A DNA stretch of 64,000 nt. Origin: a virus. Every line of letters starts with the position of its first letter. The stretch's first letter is position 1. The translations under genes and the position numbers were made by a program. Location: IMG/VR virus record IMGVR_UViG_3300040811_000687. The stretch is one strand, 5' to 3'. Positions 29,098 through 38,215 of the stretch are shown one piece after another. The notes under the pieces are model-generated. The model was not told where the DNA came from and did not search any database. It was given only the letters and a program-made list of their open reading frames with translations.

Positions 29098-29435
29098 TGC
29101 AAAAATTAATCCTCCTATTTGTACTAATAAGTACAATAGCCTTATCAGAGGAAACGTATCAAAATAATACTAACTTAGCACCAAGTGAAATGCCTATTAT
29201 ATGTGGACACCCGGACTATGTACACAAATTCATAACAAACAAAGGTTTTATATTAGAGAACGCAAGTTTAGGCAGAGCAGGTGCAAGTGCAGATGGCGAG
29301 CCTGTAATGATGGTTGTAATGTATTCTAAAGACGATCAGATTATAGCTACTGTTGATATACCTACAGGTGAATCTACTTGTATCATGTATCATACGTTTG
29401 ATAGATCAAACTTAAAGGTAAATAATAATGAATAA
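29097..29435 (+). CDS. Hypothetical secreted protein
   Basis: Signal peptide, two Cys; late promoter at 29059-29066. Confidence 0.7.
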   Translation: MQKLILLFVLISTIALSEETYQNNTNLAPSEMPIICGHPDYVHKFITNKGFILENASLGRAGASADGEPVMMVVMYSKDDQIIATVDIPTGESTCIMYHTFDRSNLKVNNNE

Positions 29436-29652
29436 AATGAATAGTAAATCTTTCTCAATAGAGATAGAGGCATGTGTGAGAAAAGAAAAGATATCTTATA
29501 TGGACGCAATCATACATTTATGTGAAGAAAAAGATTTAGATCCAGGTAAAGTTAATTCATTTATCAACAAACAAATCAAAGAGAAATTAAAGGTTGAAGC
29601 GATCAATTTAAAACTATTAAATATACCAAAACAAGGATCGCTACCGGTATAA
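29428..29652 (+). CDS. gp33: Late transcription coactivator gp33
   Basis: FSIEIE..ISYMDAI..KEKLKVEA..L; synteny with gp59 and gp32. Confidence 0.88.
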   Translation: MNKMNSKSFSIEIEACVRKEKISYMDAIIHLCEEKDLDPGKVNSFINKQIKEKLKVEAINLKLLNIPKQGSLPV

Positions 29653-29653
29653 A

Positions 29654-30262
29654 ATGCATGATGGATTTGACGTATTTAAAACATATCTGGCAATAAAACT
29701 ACATTTTACTACAGATAACTATGACTATTTTGATTATGGTGGTAAAGTTAATTGTAAACTAGATACATTTACGAAAAGAAATGATAGGTATTTCTTTCAT
29801 AAATTGAGTAAGCAGTATGATAAATATAATATAGTAGATTTCTTTGTTGCTAATTTTTTAGACAACGATAAGAAATGGGTAGGAAACTTATTAGAAAAAG
29901 ATGGCAAAACTATTTACCTCAATTATAGACGATATTCAGATAGTGTTAATTACCATTTTAGAGGTGATTGTACAAATATTAGTACCGATTTTGTTAGTCA
30001 TGGTCTTTCTTTTGACGATGGTTTATCTCCTGTTAGAGGCCAGCATCCACGCCTGCTTAAACTTCTTCTCTCCAAAAAAGTAAACTTTCAAACAATGGTG
30101 ATTCTAAATTACCATTTGAACTTCATAAAACAATGGGACAAACAGATTACAGAGAAGTTTGTATGGCCTAATCTATCAAAACGTCTTAAAAAACATAGAA
30201 AATTCATCAAATTCAACGAAACAGAGACTAAATTAACGTTAAAGAACGTGTTTGTTCACTAA
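29654..30262 (+). CDS. gp59: Helicase loader gp59
   Basis: YLAIKLHFT..YDYFDYGGK..KRNDRYFF. Confidence 0.9.
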   Translation: MHDGFDVFKTYLAIKLHFTTDNYDYFDYGGKVNCKLDTFTKRNDRYFFHKLSKQYDKYNIVDFFVANFLDNDKKWVGNLLEKDGKTIYLNYRRYSDSVNYHFRGDCTNISTDFVSHGLSFDDGLSPVRGQHPRLLKLLLSKKVNFQTMVILNYHLNFIKQWDKQITEKFVWPNLSKRLKKHRKFIKFNETETKLTLKNVFVH

Positions 30263-30268
30263 ATGTTC
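30254..30268 (+). promoter_or_regulatory. Alphaproteobacterial LexA-type box GTTC-N7-GTTC
   Basis: GTTCactaaatGTTC, 14 bp upstream of the -35 TTGCCT at 30283. Confidence 0.65.
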
Positions 30269-30337
30269 TGGTTGTTATTTTCTTGCCTTTTTGTTAAAAA
30301 TAGTGTATTATATAACAATAACAAAAGGGAAAACACT

Positions 30338-31498
30338 ATGAAAAAATATGTAACATTTATTATAACACTAAACATCTTACTATGGTTTGGTTTATCTAAC
30401 ATTGCTAAAGCTCATCATAAAGCAGAAAGTCACGAGTTTAGGCATGGTATATCTTGGTCAGCACCAGGTAGTGAGAACTATCAAAAACTAGAAACAGAAT
30501 TAGTTGATAACAAGATTTCTAAACTTGTTGATAAACAATTACAAAACCAAGAAAAAACTGGTTTGGCTTCATACGTTATTTTTTCAGATGGTAAAATTAG
30601 AATTAATAAAAATAAATGGAATGATGAGATTAAAAAGAACAAAGGTTTATTAATATCAAACTCTGTAGGTAAATCTATGATCTCTTATGTTACAGGTCAT
30701 GCTGTTTGTAAGTATGGTATTGATCTAAATGCCAAAATGAATGATTGGGCTGTTTTAAATAATACTTTGTATGCCGATAACACCTTATTACAAGCACTTA
30801 ACATGAAAGCCGGCGATCACAATATAGTTGGTGAAAGAAAATTTAGAGGTGATGGTTTTATTAATGGTAACAAGTATAAAAGAATTAACACTAAAACTGT
30901 TACTTGGAATATGCAATACTTCAAAGACACAAAAAAGAAAAAAGAAAATTCTATATATAATTATAGTGCAATGTCAACACAAGTTGCAATTAATTATGTT
31001 ATACACAAGATTGGTGTAGATAATTATGAGAACTTTCTAAAAGAAATATTTACTGATCATGTTGGTGTAAAAAACGATGTTCACTTTAGTAAAGTTTCTT
31101 GGTCAAAAGCCGATGATGATAAAGGTAATGCTAGATATACTTTCTTTGCTACTGCTGAAGATTATATTAGAATAGGTAAAACATTATACAATGATTACCA
31201 TTCAGATAGTTGTATTGGTGATTATCTAAGATTTATTTATGACAACAGAGTTAAGAAAAATGTTAAAGATTCAAGAATAACTAATAAACACTCGGCGGCT
31301 GCTACATATGAATATGGTGGTCAAATTCATTTTTCATATAAAGGTATGAAAAAAAGAGTTATTTTTGCAATGGATGGTTATGGTGGTCAACAGTTAATTA
31401 TTGATATGGATAATGGTACAATTCTCCATGTTGGTGCAATTGATGAACATTATAACTGGAACAAAATAGTTTATAACGTAATGAAGAAAGGACTTTAA
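30338..31498 (+). CDS. Secreted beta-lactamase/PBP-fold serine hydrolase (start revised to MKKYVT)
   Basis: SxxK (SVGK), YNYS, DGYGGQ; signal peptide; own promoter at 30283-30311. Confidence 0.8.
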   Translation: MKKYVTFIITLNILLWFGLSNIAKAHHKAESHEFRHGISWSAPGSENYQKLETELVDNKISKLVDKQLQNQEKTGLASYVIFSDGKIRINKNKWNDEIKKNKGLLISNSVGKSMISYVTGHAVCKYGIDLNAKMNDWAVLNNTLYADNTLLQALNMKAGDHNIVGERKFRGDGFINGNKYKRINTKTVTWNMQYFKDTKKKKENSIYNYSAMSTQVAINYVIHKIGVDNYENFLKEIFTDHVGVKNDVHFSKVSWSKADDDKGNARYTFFATAEDYIRIGKTLYNDYHSDSCIGDYLRFIYDNRVKKNVKDSRITNKHSAAATYEYGGQIHFSYKGMKKRVIFAMDGYGGQQLIIDMDNGTILHVGAIDEHYNWNKIVYNVMKKGL

Positions 31499-31608
31499 TG
31501 ACAGTAGGATACGGATTAGGAATGTTAGCAGTAGGCATAATCGTAATTGGTTTTGGTGGTGCAATAGTATTTTACTGCTTTAATATAACAGAAAAAGATG
31601 ACGAATAA
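31498..31608 (+). CDS. Small membrane protein, 36 aa (not in ORF track)
   Basis: MTVGYGLGMLAVGIIVIGFGG...; SD AAGGA, TAATG coupling. Confidence 0.6.
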   Translation: MTVGYGLGMLAVGIIVIGFGGAIVFYCFNITEKDDE

Positions 31609-31957
31609 TGGAATGTTTGAAGATGCTATGCAAATAGATAAATTAAAGAAAAAAATAAAAGACTTAACTAAAACTGAAAAGCCAAAAATAAAAGAACCAG
31701 AAAAAGTATTGAGTAAGGTTACACCTTTACACGACTTCTCATGGTACTTAAAATGGTTTTCTAGTATATTAATATTATCAGCAGTATGTTTCAGAGCCAG
31801 TGGTGGTGCGTTTCATATGTTTGATTTATATTTTAGTTTCGCAGGTACACTAGGTTGGTTGTGGGTAGGTATATTATGGCACGACAGAGCTCTAATGGTA
31901 TTGAACACAAGTTTAGCAATGGTATTAATGATAGGAATTTTAAAAACTTATGTCTAA
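31598..31957 (+). CDS. 3-TM membrane protein
   Basis: WYLKWFSS...GWLWVGILWHDRALMVLN. Confidence 0.75.
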   Translation: MTNNGMFEDAMQIDKLKKKIKDLTKTEKPKIKEPEKVLSKVTPLHDFSWYLKWFSSILILSAVCFRASGGAFHMFDLYFSFAGTLGWLWVGILWHDRALMVLNTSLAMVLMIGILKTYV

Positions 31958-32843
31958 TGTATTTTGTATAGGTAACGGTGAAAGCCGAAAAGGTTATGAT
32001 TTAAATAAATTAAAAGGCAAAGGTAGAATATATGGTTGTAATGGATTGTATAGAGATTTTACACCAGATGTTTTAGTTGCAGTTGATCAAGGTATATGCC
32101 ATGAAATATACAACAGTGGTTATTGTCAAGACAATGAGACATATTTAAGAGGTTGGACTAGATTGCCAGCAATGTTATATGAGTCTGTTATAAATGCAGG
32201 TGCCTCAATAACTGCCGAAGAAATGGCTGTAGTCAAAGAAAAGAAATTAATTAATGAAAATGAGAGAGGTGATTGTCAAGAGTTTGTAATGCATGGCTCT
32301 AATATATCAGGTGCAGTTAAGATATTAAAAGAGAATAAAGACATAGAGTCTAAAAATGTAAATCATACTGCTGTAGATGTTAGTTGGTGTTCTATGAATA
32401 GTAAAGAACAATCTATTGACGATGTGATGACGCCTAGAGATTGGGGTTTCGCTGCTGGTCCTACTGCTGGTGCAATTTCTATATTAAAAGAAAAACAACC
32501 AAAGGCAACAGACTTATATAATGACGCAGATAATAATGAACATAAAATAAGTTTAGAAATGTTTTTAATTGGCCACGACTTGGCTAGTAACGATGACAAG
32601 ATTAATAATCTATACAAAGATACCAAATATTATGGTCTAAAAGAACAACAACAAGTACCAACAAAAAACTGGATACAACAGTGGAAGTCTTTGATTGTTA
32701 ATAATCCTGGTGTGACCTTTTACAAGGTAAATCCAAAGGCAGATTTGGGACATGACGCAATAAGCAGACCTATAAAAGAGTGGGAAGGACTAAAGAACGT
32801 CTTTTATATAGACTATCCTACCATGGAAACACTAATAGGCTAA
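31950..32843 (+). CDS. Conserved hypothetical protein, possibly GT29/MptE-like fold
   Basis: FCIGNGESR, IYGCNGLYRDF, LIGHD. Confidence 0.65.
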   Translation: MSNVFCIGNGESRKGYDLNKLKGKGRIYGCNGLYRDFTPDVLVAVDQGICHEIYNSGYCQDNETYLRGWTRLPAMLYESVINAGASITAEEMAVVKEKKLINENERGDCQEFVMHGSNISGAVKILKENKDIESKNVNHTAVDVSWCSMNSKEQSIDDVMTPRDWGFAAGPTAGAISILKEKQPKATDLYNDADNNEHKISLEMFLIGHDLASNDDKINNLYKDTKYYGLKEQQQVPTKNWIQQWKSLIVNNPGVTFYKVNPKADLGHDAISRPIKEWEGLKNVFYIDYPTMETLIG

Positions 32844-32850
32844 AGGAACA

Positions 32851-32879
32851 TTGACACAGAGGTGTAAATGTGTTATATT
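32851..32879 (+). promoter_or_regulatory. Sigma70-type promoter
   Basis: TTGACA-17-TATATT with extended TG; ATG 6 nt downstream. Confidence 0.75.
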
Positions 32880-32885
32880 AAAGCT

Positions 32886-33095
32886 ATGACTAAAAAGAGT
32901 AAAGATCGGAATATAGTAGTAAATAATTATGTAAGATATTGGGACAATTCAACTGATAATGGACATGACATATCTATTTTGAAAACAGATGGCAGTCACA
33001 TTAATATTAAGTTGAGGTGGCCAAAAGGTGAAAATAGACTAATTAAACCTGGTAGAGCTCATAAAACAGTTATAAATAAATATGAATCCGATTAA
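32886..33095 (+). CDS. Hypothetical protein, probably leaderless (start revised to MTKKSK)
   Basis: ATG at the expected +1 of the promoter. Confidence 0.55.
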   Translation: MTKKSKDRNIVVNNYVRYWDNSTDNGHDISILKTDGSHINIKLRWPKGENRLIKPGRAHKTVINKYESD

Positions 33096-33142
33096 TACAG
33101 GATACACAAATATAATAATACAATAATAAGGAGAATACAAAT

Positions 33143-34036
33143 ATGGATTTTGAAGCATTAAAATCATCATCAAGTGGCTTTGATAAATTAACTAAAGCTC
33201 TTGAAACAAACCTCAATCCCGAGGATCAATCAAACAAAAACAAATATCAAGACGACAGACTTTGGAAACCAGAGTTAGACAAAACAGGAAATGGTTACGC
33301 TGTAATCAGATTTCTACCTGCCACAGAGGGAGAAGATTTACCTTGGCAAAGAGTTTGGTCTCATGCCTTTCAAGACAAAGGTGGTTGGTATATTGAAAAC
33401 TCATTAACAACAATGTCTCAAAAAGATCCTGTGTCCGAAGAAAACACAAGATTGTGGAACACTGGTGTTGATAGTGATAAAGAAATTGCTAGAAAGAGAA
33501 AAAGAAAATTATCTTATTACTCAAATATTCTAGTAGTGTCAGACCCAAAACATCCAGAGCATGAAGGCAAGGTGTTCTTATTCAAATTTGGTAAAAAGAT
33601 TTTTGATAAGATTACTGAAGCAATGCAACCGGCTTTTGAAGACGAAAGTCCAATTAACCCATTTGATTTTTGGAAAGGTGCAAACTTTAAACTAAAAATC
33701 AGAAAAGTTGATGGCTATTGGAACTATGACAAGTCTGAATTTGAGGCAGTAACACAAGTTGCTGAAAGTGATGACAAGATTAAAGAAATCTGGTCAAAAC
33801 AATATCCTCTAAAACCATTCTTGGCACCTGAAAATTTTAAGTCCTATGATGAACTCAAAGAGAAACTGAATAGGGTTATTTCTGGTACAAGAAGCACTAA
33901 AACTGTTGAAAGCGATGAGCTCCCGCCAAGCGCTTCAGCGCCTAGTGTGAAAAGTATGGAAGCACCTAGTACTCCATCTGCTAGTGATGATGACGATACG
34001 TTATCTTACTTTAGTAAATTAGCAGAGGACGAATAA
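33143..34036 (+). CDS. gp32: Single-stranded DNA-binding protein gp32
   Basis: DDRLWKP..GNGYAVIRFLP, FGKKIFDKI, GANFKLK, NYDKSEF, acidic tail; late promoter at 33071-33078. Confidence 0.96.
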   Translation: MDFEALKSSSSGFDKLTKALETNLNPEDQSNKNKYQDDRLWKPELDKTGNGYAVIRFLPATEGEDLPWQRVWSHAFQDKGGWYIENSLTTMSQKDPVSEENTRLWNTGVDSDKEIARKRKRKLSYYSNILVVSDPKHPEHEGKVFLFKFGKKIFDKITEAMQPAFEDESPINPFDFWKGANFKLKIRKVDGYWNYDKSEFEAVTQVAESDDKIKEIWSKQYPLKPFLAPENFKSYDELKEKLNRVISGTRSTKTVESDELPPSASAPSVKSMEAPSTPSASDDDDTLSYFSKLAEDE

Positions 34037-34075
34037 TCTAAACCGTTCCCTCCGTTTAGAAAGTGACAATACTTT

Positions 34076-34107
34076 AAGGGCTAGATAGCAATATCTAGCC
34101 CTTTTTT
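34076..34107 (+). terminator. Intrinsic terminator
   Basis: AAGGGCTAGATA-GCAA-TATCTAGCCCTT followed by T-run. Confidence 0.92.
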
Positions 34108-34110
34108 CGT

Positions 34111-34118
34111 TATAAATA
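34111..34118 (+). promoter_or_regulatory. Late promoter TATAAATA
   Basis: Exact match, 6 nt before ATG 34125. Confidence 0.8.
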
Positions 34119-34124
34119 TACCGT

Positions 34125-34655
34125 ATGGCAATAAGCATATTAGATACACTGGTTGATAAGTCAGATGGTGCTGTTAAGTCAGCGTCATGGTACAGAAAAG
34201 CAGTAGGTTCTATAGCAGACAGAATAACAGCAAATAAACTAATGAGACAAGGTAAACTTATTGGTAGACCAAGTGTTGGTAGATTAAACATGTTTGTATA
34301 TGACCCTAAATATAAGCAGACATTACCATATTACGACACTTTTCCTTTAGTGTTGCCGTTAGAGCCAATCAAAGGTGGTTTTGCAGGTATTAATTTTCAT
34401 TATCTGCCACCAAACCAAAGATTTACTCTATTGACACAATTGCAGAGATTTGCCGTACAAGGTAACAAAGTAAATGAGACTAATAGATTTGATGTAAGTT
34501 ACAGTAGAGTTAAAAGACTACCATTAACAAAAAATGCTATTAAAAAGTATTTGTGGGCACACACTAGAAGTAATTATTTAAGAGTTGATTACGATGAGGC
34601 TGCCTTAGCAGTATATTTACCAGTAGCACAATTTAAGAAGGGAAGACCATACTAA
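34125..34655 (+). CDS. gp2: DNA end protector gp2
   Basis: YDPKYKQTLPYYDTFPLV, GINFHYL. Confidence 0.9.
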   Translation: MAISILDTLVDKSDGAVKSASWYRKAVGSIADRITANKLMRQGKLIGRPSVGRLNMFVYDPKYKQTLPYYDTFPLVLPLEPIKGGFAGINFHYLPPNQRFTLLTQLQRFAVQGNKVNETNRFDVSYSRVKRLPLTKNAIKKYLWAHTRSNYLRVDYDEAALAVYLPVAQFKKGRPY

Positions 34656-35635
34656 TGGCAATATTAAGAGGCGGAAAAAGAATTGGTGGTTTTGATATCA
34701 GAATTGGTATACCACGAGACAGATCACTAGACAATGTAACAGGTGATCCAAGATTAAAACGTACACAAGGTGGTAATCCTGAGTCTACAATGGGTAGAGT
34801 ACAGGCAATGGTAAATGAGGCAGAGGGTTTTGCTCGTAAGGCAAGATTTTATGTTGAGTTTATGTTGCCTAAATCACTAGGTGGTGGACCAGATGGTACT
34901 CCAGGCTCAGTGTCTTCACCAATGGTAGATGAAACCTATGATTCATTTTACACACAATCAAAATTAAATCAGGTACATATAGCAAACGGTAGACGTGTAC
35001 AAGCATTTTGTAGTGCTATTGAAATGCCTGATAGAGAAATTATTACTAAAGAAGTTAGACATGGTAACACACCAGTTAGACATGTTGCATATGATTTTAA
35101 ATCACAAGAGATCACAGCAACTTTCTATGCAGACAAATTTATGAGAGAAAGATCATACTTTGAAATGTGGCAAGGCGCCGCTTTTAGTACTAAATCTTTT
35201 AACATGAATTACTATAAGAACTATGTAACAGATATGAGAATATATCAATTAGGTTCATTTGAGTCATCACAAGAGAGAGACGAAATAACCTATGGTGTAC
35301 AACTATTTGATTGTTTACCAACATCAATTAGTAAAGTAGAATATTCGCATGATGAAAATACAGTACAGACATTTTCAGTTACATTTAAATTTATGTATTG
35401 GATTAATTTCTTTTTAGATAATCAAGGCAACATAGAACTTGGTCAATCTAAATTTGGAAAACCATCAGTGAAACAAGATTCAGGTTTATTAGGTGGTTTA
35501 CTAGGTAAACTACCACCAGAATTGAGACGAGCAGGTAGAGACGTGTTGAACAAGTTGAGACGTAGAGTACCACTAGGTAAAATTACCGGTGGTAGAGCGT
35601 TCCCACCTTTCAAACTACCACCTATAAATATATAA
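34655..35635 (+). CDS. gp54: Tail tube-like baseplate initiator (gp54/gp19 fold)
   Basis: GFARKARFYV, FCSAIEMP, TFYAD..ERSYFEMW, LPTSI; synteny. Confidence 0.7.
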   Translation: MAILRGGKRIGGFDIRIGIPRDRSLDNVTGDPRLKRTQGGNPESTMGRVQAMVNEAEGFARKARFYVEFMLPKSLGGGPDGTPGSVSSPMVDETYDSFYTQSKLNQVHIANGRRVQAFCSAIEMPDREIITKEVRHGNTPVRHVAYDFKSQEITATFYADKFMRERSYFEMWQGAAFSTKSFNMNYYKNYVTDMRIYQLGSFESSQERDEITYGVQLFDCLPTSISKVEYSHDENTVQTFSVTFKFMYWINFFLDNQGNIELGQSKFGKPSVKQDSGLLGGLLGKLPPELRRAGRDVLNKLRRRVPLGKITGGRAFPPFKLPPINI

Positions 35636-35653
35636 TAACAAGGAGATAATATT

Positions 35654-36388
35654 ATGGCATTACCGATAATAGAAACACCAACTTATGAGTTGACACTTCC
35701 TTCCCAAGACGAGATAGTAAAATACAGACCTTTCCTTGTTAAAGAAGAAAAATTAATGTTAATAGCTCTTGAGTCAGGTGAAGAAAAAGAAATAAACATG
35801 GCGACTAAAACAATTTTAGACGCATGTACATTTAACAAACTAAAGATAGAAGAATTACCAACATTTGATATAGAATACATGTTCTTACAAATAAGAGCAA
35901 AGTCAGTTGGTGAAGTAACTAAATTCAAAGTTATTTGTCCAGACGACAAAAAAACATACACTGATATTGAGATAGACTTATCAAAAGTTGAGGTGCAAGT
36001 TGATGATGAACATACGAACAAAGTAGTAATTGATGAACAAAGGCAATTGGGTGTTGTTCTCAAATATCCTACGATGTCCATGATGACTAATACACAAATA
36101 CAGTCAGCAGACTATGACACAGCATTTGATATGATGGTCGGTTGTATACACGAAATCTTTGAAGGAGAGAAAGTGTATCCTGGAGTAGATAGTACAAGAG
36201 AAGAATTAAAAGATTTTTTAGAGAAGTTACCACAAGGTGCTTTTGATAAAATTAAAAAGTTTTTTGACACTATGCCTAGATTGAGACACGAGCAAGAAGT
36301 TACAAATCCAAAGACAGGTGTTAAAAGTACAGTTACATTTAGCGGATTACAAGATTTTTTCGGATTGGCCTCACCCATAGTAGCCTAG
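35654..36388 (+). CDS. gp26: Baseplate hub assembly protein gp26
   Basis: ALP..PTYELTLPS..YRPFLVKEEK, FLQIRAKSVGE, FFDTMP, GLQDFF; late promoter at 35623. Confidence 0.92.
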   Translation: MALPIIETPTYELTLPSQDEIVKYRPFLVKEEKLMLIALESGEEKEINMATKTILDACTFNKLKIEELPTFDIEYMFLQIRAKSVGEVTKFKVICPDDKKTYTDIEIDLSKVEVQVDDEHTNKVVIDEQRQLGVVLKYPTMSMMTNTQIQSADYDTAFDMMVGCIHEIFEGEKVYPGVDSTREELKDFLEKLPQGAFDKIKKFFDTMPRLRHEQEVTNPKTGVKSTVTFSGLQDFFGLASPIVA

Positions 36389-36546
36389 AGGCATATTTTG
36401 AAGTTAATTTTGCGTTAATGCAACACCATAAATATGGTATAACAGAAATTGAACAGATGATTCCGTGGGAACGAGATATATATGTTTCAATGTTAATTAA
36501 TTATATAAAAGAAGAAAACGAAAAAAGACAAAGGGAGAAACAGTAA
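36355..36546 (+). CDS. gp51: gp51-like baseplate hub assembly catalyst, -1 frame relative to gp26 (first ATG 36418)
   Basis: NFALMQHHKY..EIEQMIPWERDIY; not in ORF track. Confidence 0.85.
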   Translation, partial: FFRIGLTHSSLEAYFEVNFALMQHHKYGITEIEQMIPWERDIYVSMLINYIKEENEKRQREKQ

Positions 36547-36842
36547 TGAATACTGAAACAAAAAAAGTAAATTTAGAATTAGAGATTGACACTAATACTG
36601 TTGACTCTAGTAAAAACAGATATCAAGGTTTAATTGACCTTGCAAAAGCAATAGACAGTTGGAGAATATTTCCAAGAGTATTCATATCAACATACATTTT
36701 TTTACTATACAAAGTAGTAATATGGTATATGAACTTACAGGCACCTACTATGGAACAAAGTGGGTTAGTATCAATAGTTGTTGGTGCTGGCGCTGCCTGG
36801 TTTGGTTTATATACAGGAAGTAGAGCAAAATCAACTAAATAG
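36546..36842 (+). CDS. Small 2-TM membrane protein (holin-like candidate)
   Basis: WRIFPR, two TM helices. Confidence 0.65.
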   Translation: MNTETKKVNLELEIDTNTVDSSKNRYQGLIDLAKAIDSWRIFPRVFISTYIFLLYKVVIWYMNLQAPTMEQSGLVSIVVGAGAAWFGLYTGSRAKSTK

Positions 36843-36847
36843 TATAT

Positions 36848-38215
36848 ATGGCATTACCAAGTTTAGATACAACAGCAAATGATCAAACTATATCAGCAAT
36901 TGATAAGTTAGGCAAGGCAATAATGGAAAAGGCATCCATGTCAATACAAGGTGCTACAAAGGCCATTGTACCTAGTATACCTAAAATGATTAATCAGTTG
37001 ACAGAGGATTTAGCAAAAGGTCCTGTTCATAGTTTTGGTAAAGTGATCAGAAAATTAGAGAACATGGTAGAGACATTAGGTCTTGATTTAAGATCATATA
37101 ACAATGACTTGGCTGATATGTTACAAGAAAGAGAACAACAGGCTCGTAAGTCAGAGGATACAGTACAAAAGTTAAGACAACAAAATATTGTTGCACGTGT
37201 TAATAAAGATACAAAAGAAGTTGAGATATTAACCAGATCACAAATTAGACAAGAAAAAAAGTTAATAGAAAAGAAAGAGAAAACAATCAAACTTTTAGAA
37301 AAAGAAATCAGACTAGACACTAGAAATTTACAACAAAAAAATAATCTTTCTCCAAGAGAGAAAGGTGACACAAAGAAAAGAATAGAAGCAAATGCTTTAA
37401 AATTAGATAAGTTGACAGCTGAAAGAGACGAACAAGCAAATGATGTAACAGTTGACACAGGTAGAACTGAAAAAGGTCTACCAATGTTTTTAGAAATGAT
37501 GAAAGATGGTTTTCTAGAACCATTTAGAGCAATTGGTGAATCTTTTAACATGATGAAAGATATGGGAAAAGGCACTGCTGATCTATTTAATTTCTTATCA
37601 GGTGGATTATTTCTTAAAGCATTTAAGGGTATCACTAAAGGTTTAAAAGCAATTAGTGGTTTCTTTACATTGGCTAGACTAGTATTAGTTGCTAAATTTG
37701 CATTGGTCATTGGTGCTATAACATTTGTAGCAGCTAAGATCAATAAGATCAAAGACTTCTTTGCTGGCATAATAGATTATTTTAGAAATTCAAAACTTGG
37801 TAAATTATTAGGTCTATCAAAAGAAACACCTGAAGAAAAAGAAAGTAGAAAAATTGAGAATAAAAATAGAGGCACATCTATGGTTGATATAGATAGTCAC
37901 TATGATAGTTTTCCAACTATTTCAAATGCAAAAGAAGAAAATAAAAATACTATTGTAGGTGCTAGTGATAATGTTAGTAAAATGACTAATGAGAAAATAT
38001 TTAACAGTAAAGCAACACAGAATGACGCCGTTAAAGAATTTGATAAGCTAACAAAAGAGGCTAATTCTCAAATGAGCAAAGGTAATGTAATAATTAATAA
38101 TGCACCAACAAGTGTACAGACAAATAATAGTGGTTCAGTGACTTCAGGTTTTACCAATAATAATCCAGACGAGACGATTACAAATACATCTAGAGCTAGA
38201 TGGTCTAATATGTAA
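36848..38215 (+). CDS. Helical tail protein, tape-measure/gp29-like
   Basis: Coiled coil with hydrophobic middle, C-terminal VIINNAP; lies between gp51 and gp48; late promoter ACTAAATA at 36834. Confidence 0.55.
   Translation: MALPSLDTTANDQTISAIDKLGKAIMEKASMSIQGATKAIVPSIPKMINQLTEDLAKGPVHSFGKVIRKLENMVETLGLDLRSYNNDLADMLQEREQQARKSEDTVQKLRQQNIVARVNKDTKEVEILTRSQIRQEKKLIEKKEKTIKLLEKEIRLDTRNLQQKNNLSPREKGDTKKRIEANALKLDKLTAERDEQANDVTVDTGRTEKGLPMFLEMMKDGFLEPFRAIGESFNMMKDMGKGTADLFNFLSGGLFLKAFKGITKGLKAISGFFTLARLVLVAKFALVIGAITFVAAKINKIKDFFAGIIDYFRNSKLGKLLGLSKETPEEKESRKIENKNRGTSMVDIDSHYDSFPTISNAKEENKNTIVGASDNVSKMTNEKIFNSKATQNDAVKEFDKLTKEANSQMSKGNVIINNAPTSVQTNNSGSVTSGFTNNNPDETITNTSRARWSNM

Noticed and set aside
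30338-31498. Antibiotic-resistance beta-lactamase
   Set aside because: The SxxK fold is shared with peptidases and esterases; no class A/C/D signature recognised
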